This document shows positions 39,851 through 45,876 of a DNA stretch of 45,876 bases, piece after piece (the first letter of the stretch is position 1; each line of letters starts with the position of its first letter). The stretch comes from an uncultured Clostridia bacterium (GTDB taxonomy: Bacteria > Bacillota > Clostridia > TANB77 > CAG-465). The notes beneath the pieces are model-generated. The model saw only the letters and a program-made list of their open reading frames with translations, searched no databases and had not been told where the DNA came from. Made by a program: the position numbers and the translations under genes. The stretch is from positions 1-45,876 of the forward strand of contig CALWOE010000002.1 of assembly GCA_944383035.1 (NCBI GenBank), written 5' to 3'.

Positions 39851-39876
39851 ATAATATGTAGAGGTAATTATTTTGT
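39851..39876 (-). promoter_or_regulatory. Sigma-K-like promoter of dpaB
   Basis: AC-N16-CATATTAT. Confidence 0.5.
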
Positions 39877-39878
39877 TA

Positions 39879-40490
39879 TTATTTGATTTTTCTAAATACA
39901 CCTATTACTTTTCCAATAATCTGTACTCTATCTGAAATAATAGGATCCATACTATCATTTTCTGGTTGTAATCTAATATAGTTTTTTTCTTTATAAAATC
40001 TTTTTACGGTAGCTTCTGAGTCTATCATTGCAACAACTATTTCACCATTATGAGCTGTATTTTGTTTAGAAACAATTAAGTAATCTCCATCATTAATTCC
40101 AGCATTAATCATGCTTTCGCCTTGTACTTTTAATATGAAATTATCATTTCTTAATGAATTTTTATCAAAGAAACTTTCTCCAATTGTAAAATAATCTTCT
40201 ATATTTTCTTGTGCAAGTATTGGTTCTCCAGCTGCAACTTTTCCAACAACTGGAACGCTAATAGTAGATTCTTGACCAATTACTCTGATTGCACGTGTTT
40301 TTAAATCTTTTTTTACAATATAACCTTTTTCTTCTAAACGCCATATATATTGGTGTGCTGAAGATGTTGATTTAAAGCCAAGTGCCCGACATATTTCTCT
40401 TACTGAAGGTGGATATCCAGTAGTACGAACTTGCTGTTTAATATAATCCAAAACCCTTTGTTCTTGAGCATTCAAATTTTTATCACTCAT
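39879..40490 (-). CDS. lexA: SOS repressor LexA
   Basis: GYPPSVREI, VAAG cleavage site, GESM, ATVKR; ATG at 40490. Confidence 0.95.
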   Translation of the reverse strand: MSDKNLNAQEQRVLDYIKQQVRTTGYPPSVREICRALGFKSTSSAHQYIWRLEEKGYIVKKDLKTRAIRVIGQESTISVPVVGKVAAGEPILAQENIEDYFTIGESFFDKNSLRNDNFILKVQGESMINAGINDGDYLIVSKQNTAHNGEIVVAMIDSEATVKRFYKEKNYIRLQPENDSMDPIISDRVQIIGKVIGVFRKIK

Positions 40491-40526
40491 GATAAATCCC
40501 TCTTTCCTATACATAATGTTAGAAAA

Positions 40527-40566
40527 ATTATAGCATACAAATATTTGTTTGTCAAACAAAAGTTTG
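40527..40566 (-). promoter_or_regulatory. lexA promoter with overlapping SOS-box-like site
   Basis: TTGACA-N17-TATAAT (40555-40527); palindrome CAAAC-AAAA-GTTTG at 40553-40566 resembles the Firmicutes GAAC-N4-GTTC box. Confidence 0.7.
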
Positions 40567-40633
40567 CTTTTATATATTCTAGAAATATTTTTTTAATCAT
40601 TTTGTAATAAAAAAGAAATATAAGTATTTCTAC

Positions 40634-41710
40634 TTATATTCCAAAACAAATTCCCATATCTCTAGCTGTTCTACATATATCATTATCTTCTACATCTAGT
40701 AATCTTGGTTCTCTAACTTTAGGGAATCTAGTCTTAAATAATACGTTCTCTTTTGCTCCAACAATATATCCATACCTATCATCTGCAAGAAGATTTACAG
40801 CATAATCTCCAAGTCTTGCTCCAAGTAATATATCTGATGTACATGGCTCGCCACCACGTTGAATATGACCAAGTACTACTGGTCTAGCTTCATACCCTGT
40901 TTTTTCTTCTATCTCTCTTGCTAGTTTCTCTGCTATTCCACCATATCTTTTTTGCTCAAAACTATCACTTACAACTCTTGCAATAGTCTCTTCTTTTCCT
41001 TTTTCTTTACATGCTTCGGAAGCCGCAATTATAACATATCTTTTTCCAGATTGCATTATTTCTTTGACTCTATTACATACAACATTTAAATTATAATCAA
41101 TTTCTGGTAACAATATAATATCGGCACCAGCTGCAAACCCTCCATACAATGTTAAATAACCAGAAGTTCTTCCCATCATTTCAACTACCATTACTCTTCT
41201 ATGTGAAAAAGCAGTTGTTTTTACTTTTCTAATTGCTTCTGCTGCATTTTCAATAGCTGTTGCAAATCCAATTGTTGGATTACTAGCAGACATATCATTA
41301 TCTATAGTTTTTGGAATACCAATAACTGGCATACCAGCTTCATTAATAACTCTAGCAGAATCAAGTGTTCCATCTCCACCAACTATTATCATACCTTCAA
41401 CGCCTATTTTTCTTAAAGCTCTAATTGATGAAGCTACTTTATCTTCATAATGTTCATGTTTAGCATCTACTGGATAATGAAATGGACATTCTTTATTTGA
41501 AGCTCCAAGAATTGTTCCTCCTTGAGCTTCTATTCCAAATACATCAGATTTATCTAAAACTTTATATCGTTTTTCAACAAAACCAATATATCCGTCATAT
41601 ATTCCAACTACAACCATTCCTTTGTTTATAGCTGACATTACAACTGCTTTTATAACACTATTAAGTCCTGGACAATCTCCACCAGCAGTCATTATAGCAA
41701 TTTTTTTCAT
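40634..41710 (-). CDS. pfkA: 6-phosphofructokinase (PfkA family)
   Basis: GGDCPGLN, GGTILG, GGDGT, PKTIDND, MGR, LGHIQRGG. Confidence 0.92.
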   Translation of the reverse strand: MKKIAIMTAGGDCPGLNSVIKAVVMSAINKGMVVVGIYDGYIGFVEKRYKVLDKSDVFGIEAQGGTILGASNKECPFHYPVDAKHEHYEDKVASSIRALRKIGVEGMIIVGGDGTLDSARVINEAGMPVIGIPKTIDNDMSASNPTIGFATAIENAAEAIRKVKTTAFSHRRVMVVEMMGRTSGYLTLYGGFAAGADIILLPEIDYNLNVVCNRVKEIMQSGKRYVIIAASEACKEKGKEETIARVVSDSFEQKRYGGIAEKLAREIEEKTGYEARPVVLGHIQRGGEPCTSDILLGARLGDYAVNLLADDRYGYIVGAKENVLFKTRFPKVREPRLLDVEDNDICRTARDMGICFGI

Positions 41711-41725
41711 ATATCATTTACCTCC

Positions 41726-42415
41726 TTAATTTTTACTTAAAAGACTTGTAAATTTATCAATCACTTTATATATTTGTTTTGCAGCATTATCAACAAACAA
41801 TTTATATTCATCTTCATTACCTGTATCTGATATAACTCTAAGCGAACAAAAATCTACATCATTCATATAACATGTATGTGCTATACTTCCACTTTCCATA
41901 TCAGCAGCTAATGCATTAAATTTATTTCTTAACATTTTTTTTGTTTCATCTTTACTTACAAACATATCAGATGTTGCTATTACTCCTTTTTTTGCATTTC
42001 CTACTGATTTTGCAGCCTCATACAATATATTTGATAAGTTTTCATTTGATTTTACATAAACATTATTTACTCCAAATACATATCCTAAATCATATTTTAA
42101 TGCTGTGATATCTGAATCAAATTCAACAGTCTTTGTAGATACAACAAAATCATAAACATTTAAATCTTTGTCAATTGCTCCTGCAACCCCAACATTTAAT
42201 ATTAGATCTATATCATCAAAATTTCTAAGCATTTCTTGTGTGTATATTGCTGAATTTACTTTTCCTTCATAACATGTTCCGATTACTATTTCTACATTAT
42301 TTAAATTACCTGTAAAAAAAGCCATTTTTTTTCTTGTTTTTACACCTAACCAGTCAAGATTATCTTTTATCGTTTCTATTTCTTTTTGCATTGCACCAAT
42401 TATTCCAATTTTCAT
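41726..42415 (-). CDS. mtnN: 5'-methylthioadenosine/S-adenosylhomocysteine nucleosidase
   Basis: IGIIGAM, GKVN, GVAG, DMES, RVISD. Confidence 0.9.
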   Translation of the reverse strand: MKIGIIGAMQKEIETIKDNLDWLGVKTRKKMAFFTGNLNNVEIVIGTCYEGKVNSAIYTQEMLRNFDDIDLILNVGVAGAIDKDLNVYDFVVSTKTVEFDSDITALKYDLGYVFGVNNVYVKSNENLSNILYEAAKSVGNAKKGVIATSDMFVSKDETKKMLRNKFNALAADMESGSIAHTCYMNDVDFCSLRVISDTGNEDEYKLFVDNAAKQIYKVIDKFTSLLSKN

Positions 42416-42416
42416 A

Positions 42417-43832
42417 TTACTTACCCCTTTTTCTAATTTGTTCTTTTTGTTTTAAAGTCATTTTCTCCATAGCATAACTTAACATAATACTTGGTAGTTT
42501 TTTTATCTTGCTATTTTTTAATAAAAAGTTATATACTACTTCATTATCTTTTTTGTATAATTCTCTTAAAACCCATCCAGTAGCTTTTTGATATAAATGA
42601 TAATTTTCGTATAACACTTTATCTAAGACAAATAAAACTATATCTTCTCTTTTTTTGCGAGATAGTGGTAACATTGATACAATTCCAATTCTTTTTATCC
42701 AAACAATATCACTATTTAAATAAAACATTACATGTTTTTTAATTTTTTCATCATCTAAGCACAAATAATATTTTCCAATTATATTTGACCCAACTTCATC
42801 TGTAAGATCCCAATTATCTATATATTTAATATTTTTATTTATAAAATTTACTGCTTCTTCTAATGAATTTATATCTTTTGATAATAAATATTTTTTACAA
42901 TAATTAGAAATACAAAATATTGCAAATCTTCTGTATTCGTGATAAGAAGATGAAATAAAATAATTTAAAATATCAAAATTTGTATATTTATATATCTTAT
43001 TTGAAAGTTTTCTTGTCTTAGGTACTTTTATACCAAGCAAAACATCATTAGCTTTAGATAGTGAAAGTAATTTTCTATCAAATTCTACATTACTATCTTT
43101 TGGAAGATCTTCATTTAACTTTATTAAATTATACAAAAATAATCTATTAAATATACTATCTTCTCTAGAACTAATCTTTGATATGTCACTTCCTATTACC
43201 ATACTATCTATTTTAGTCCTATATATTTTCTCTAAATTTTTATAATTTATACCACCATCTACTTGTATTATTTTTTCTTTATATATCTTTTGTGCAAATT
43301 TTATTTTTTCATTTGTATATTCTATATATTTTTGACCACCAAGTCCTGGTTCAACACTCATTAAAAGTATTTTATCAAAATATTTTTCATATGCTTTTAA
43401 TACACCAACATCTGTGTTTGGTTTTATACTTACACCAATAGTCAAATCAAAATCTTTATTTTTTAAATCTTGTTTTTTATCATATAAATATTTAAGTGTT
43501 TCTTCAAAATTGTCTATTTCATAGTGAATAGTTATACTATTTGCTCCATAATCTAATGCTTTTTTTATATATTTATCTTCTAGTGGATATTTAACCATTA
43601 AATGAACATCTGCATATAAATTATGTTTTTTGGCAATTTTAATATCTTCAATATCAACACCAATATTTTTAACAAATTTATTATCCATTACATCATAGTG
43701 TATTATAACATCAAAAAAATCTATACTACTTAGCTTTATATTATTAATTTTTTTACTAACTTTAGAAATTACATCTATAAAATCGCTTTTATTTTTTGAA
43801 TCTAGTATAGATATAGCAATATTTTTATTCAT
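42417..43832 (-). CDS. rpe: Ribulose-phosphate 3-epimerase fused to an AlkD-like DNA alkylation repair domain
   Basis: N-half HYDVMD, DVHLM, MSVEPGLGGQ, VDGGI; C-half HEYR, IDNWDLTD, WIKR, QKATGWVLRE. Confidence 0.8.
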   Translation of the reverse strand: MNKNIAISILDSKNKSDFIDVISKVSKKINNIKLSSIDFFDVIIHYDVMDNKFVKNIGVDIEDIKIAKKHNLYADVHLMVKYPLEDKYIKKALDYGANSITIHYEIDNFEETLKYLYDKKQDLKNKDFDLTIGVSIKPNTDVGVLKAYEKYFDKILLMSVEPGLGGQKYIEYTNEKIKFAQKIYKEKIIQVDGGINYKNLEKIYRTKIDSMVIGSDISKISSREDSIFNRLFLYNLIKLNEDLPKDSNVEFDRKLLSLSKANDVLLGIKVPKTRKLSNKIYKYTNFDILNYFISSSYHEYRRFAIFCISNYCKKYLLSKDINSLEEAVNFINKNIKYIDNWDLTDEVGSNIIGKYYLCLDDEKIKKHVMFYLNSDIVWIKRIGIVSMLPLSRKKREDIVLFVLDKVLYENYHLYQKATGWVLRELYKKDNEVVYNFLLKNSKIKKLPSIMLSYAMEKMTLKQKEQIRKRGK

Positions 43833-43918
43833 AAAATTTACCTCATATAAATTTTACTACATAAATAAAAATTATTCAATATATTGTTTTATACTGAATA
43901 ATTTTTGTGCTATATATT

Positions 43919-44842
43919 TTATTTATACTTTCTATCATCTATTTTTTTTAATTTATCATACAAATAAACATATCTTTCATATCTATTTTTATCAATATTG
44001 CTACATTTAACATTTCTTTTTACCAAACATACATCCTCATTTTCTATTACATGTGCACAATCGGAAAATTCACAATTATATTTTGAAAATTCAACATATG
44101 CATGTTTTAATTCTTTATATGGAATATCATATAATTCATAGCTTGAAAAACCTGGAGTATCTAATATATATGTATTATTTTCTAATTCAAATAAAGATAC
44201 TTTTTTTGTTGTATGTTTACCTCTTTTAGTTTTTCTTGCTATATCACCAATTTCTAGCTTTAATGTTTGTACATCGTTATTATTACTTTTATTTTTTAAT
44301 ATAATATTTGTAATACTTGATTTACCAACACCTGAATTGCCAGAAAAAGCTGATGTAGTACCTTCTATCTTTTTCAATAATAAATCTATATTCTCCTCTG
44401 TTTTTGAACTAGTATAAAAAACATCATAACCATTATTTTTATATACTTTGTTTATATATTCAATCTCTTTTTTAGAGTCTTCATCCAAAAGATCTAATTT
44501 ATTTACACAAATAATTGGATTTATATTTTTAAAATAACAAAGTACAAGCTGTTTATCAAGTAGCATATAATCAGGAGTTGGATTTTTAAGTGATAATACA
44601 ATTATTAAATTGTCAATGTTTGCTACTGGTGGTCTAATTAATTCATTTTTTCTTTTATCTATATTTACAATAATATTCTTATCATATTTTTTCTCGACTT
44701 GTACAATATCACCTATAAGTACACTATTTTTCTTTTTTACATTTCCACTTAAAAATGCTATTTTATGCTCATTTGTTTCTAAATCTTTTACAATAAATCT
44801 ATCAAAGAAATTTTCAGTTATTTTACATTTCATTAAATTCAC
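43919..44842 (-). CDS. rsgA: Ribosome small subunit-dependent GTPase A
   Basis: RPPVANID, NKLD, GNSGVGKS, GKHTT, DTPGF, C-terminal CxFxDCxHxxExxC. Confidence 0.95.
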   Translation of the reverse strand: MNLMKCKITENFFDRFIVKDLETNEHKIAFLSGNVKKKNSVLIGDIVQVEKKYDKNIIVNIDKRKNELIRPPVANIDNLIIVLSLKNPTPDYMLLDKQLVLCYFKNINPIICVNKLDLLDEDSKKEIEYINKVYKNNGYDVFYTSSKTEENIDLLLKKIEGTTSAFSGNSGVGKSSITNIILKNKSNNNDVQTLKLEIGDIARKTKRGKHTTKKVSLFELENNTYILDTPGFSSYELYDIPYKELKHAYVEFSKYNCEFSDCAHVIENEDVCLVKRNVKCSNIDKNRYERYVYLYDKLKKIDDRKYK

Positions 44843-44847
44843 CTGTA

Positions 44848-45777
44848 CTATTCATCTAACTTTAATACACTCATAAATGCATCTTGTGGAAGTTCTACAT
44901 TTCCAATTTGTCTCATTTTCTTTTTACCTTCTTTTTGTTTTTCAAGTAATTTTTTCTTTCTTGAAATATCCCCACCATAACATTTTGCAAGTACATCTTT
45001 TCTCATTGCTTTTACTGTTTCTCTTGCAATAACTTTTCCTCCAATTGCTGCTTGAATTGGTATTTCAAAAAGTTGCCTTGGTATTAATTCTTTTAATTTA
45101 GTAGCCATTTTTCTACCTCTAGTTTGAGCATTTTCTCTATTTACTATAAAAGATAGAGCATCAACAACTTGACCATTTAATAATATATCAAGTTTTACTA
45201 AATTAGATTTTTGATATTTCTCTACTTCATAATCAAAAGATGCATATCCTTTTGTTCTAGATTTTAAGCTGTTAAAGAAATCATATATTATTTCATTTAA
45301 TGGTAACATATATTCAAGTTCTACACGAGATGAATCTATATACTTCATGTTAACAAATTCACCACGTCTATTTTGACAAAGTTCCATTATATTGCCAACA
45401 TAATCTTTTGGAGTTATAATTTTAGTTCTTGCAATGGGTTCTTCCATATAATCTATTTCTTGTGGCTTTGGTAACTCAGATGGATTATATAAATCTAAAA
45501 CCTCACCATTTGTTTTATGAACTTTATATATTACAGATGGTGCAGTAGTTATTAAATTTAAATCATATTCTCTTTCTAATCTTTCCTGTATTATCTCCAT
45601 ATGTAATAAACCTAAGAAACCACATCTAAAACCATGACCTAATGCACTTGATGTTTCTAATTCATAATTTAGTGAAGCGTCATTTAATTTTAGTTTTTCT
45701 AAAGCTTCTTTAAGTTCACTATAATCTGTACCTTCTGCAGGGAATATTCCAGCATATACCATAGATTTTACTTCTTT
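44848..45777 (-). CDS. lepA: Elongation factor 4, 3' part (frame open to the window edge)
   Basis: [39 protein letters not shown]. Confidence 0.9.
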   Translation of the reverse strand, partial: KEVKSMVYAGIFPAEGTDYSELKEALEKLKLNDASLNYELETSSALGHGFRCGFLGLLHMEIIQERLEREYDLNLITTAPSVIYKVHKTNGEVLDLYNPSELPKPQEIDYMEEPIARTKIITPKDYVGNIMELCQNRRGEFVNMKYIDSSRVELEYMLPLNEIIYDFFNSLKSRTKGYASFDYEVEKYQKSNLVKLDILLNGQVVDALSFIVNRENAQTRGRKMATKLKELIPRQLFEIPIQAAIGGKVIARETVKAMRKDVLAKCYGGDISRKKKLLEKQKEGKKKMRQIGNVELPQDAFMSVLKLDE

Positions 45778-45876
45778 AATCCAACGATCTTTAAAAAATA
45801 TTCTATCTTTGTAAAGCTCTAAACTTTTTTCTTTTTTTTCTATCTCTTTAATATTGTATTCTTTTTTATTTCCAGA

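Noticed and set aside
1144..44876. Short plus-strand ORFs in the track (all except 34053..34328)
   Set aside because: They overlap well-supported minus-strand genes and show antisense-type composition with no recognisable motifs.

Overview
Very AT-rich chromosomal segment from a spore-forming Clostridia-type bacterium. The E5-less pilin-like genes suggest an uncultured gut lineage such as TANB77 (inference). All but one of the credible genes lie on the minus strand. Housekeeping content: lepA (3' part), rsgA, an rpe::AlkD-like fusion, mtnN, pfkA, lexA, rodA/ftsW, rpmF, a RluA-family gene, prfB, a Zur/Fur-regulated metal permease, spoVFA(dpaA)-folD, the CIRCE-controlled hrcA-grpE-dnaK-dnaJ operon, T-box-controlled thrS, rsmE and dusB. 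Three systems not visible in the ORF track stand out. (1) Two type IV pilin-like adhesin genes are each preceded by the same cassette: promoter, a leader ORF containing an (AC)n microsatellite, then an intrinsic terminator. Only one of the three reading frames runs into the terminator stem, which predicts repeat-length phase variation through attenuation; both copies are OFF as assembled. (2) A 3.6-kb large-serine-recombinase element splits spoVFB (dpaB). It has recognisable att inverted repeats, its excision would restore the frame, and it carries a captured folD copy. (3) A 272-nt tRNA/tmRNA-shaped non-coding RNA sits between its own promoter and terminator at about 23.9-24.2 kb. Several frameshifts and nonsense changes suggest consensus errors, so exact repeat lengths need read-level confirmation. 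All calls come from reading the sequence; no searches were run.
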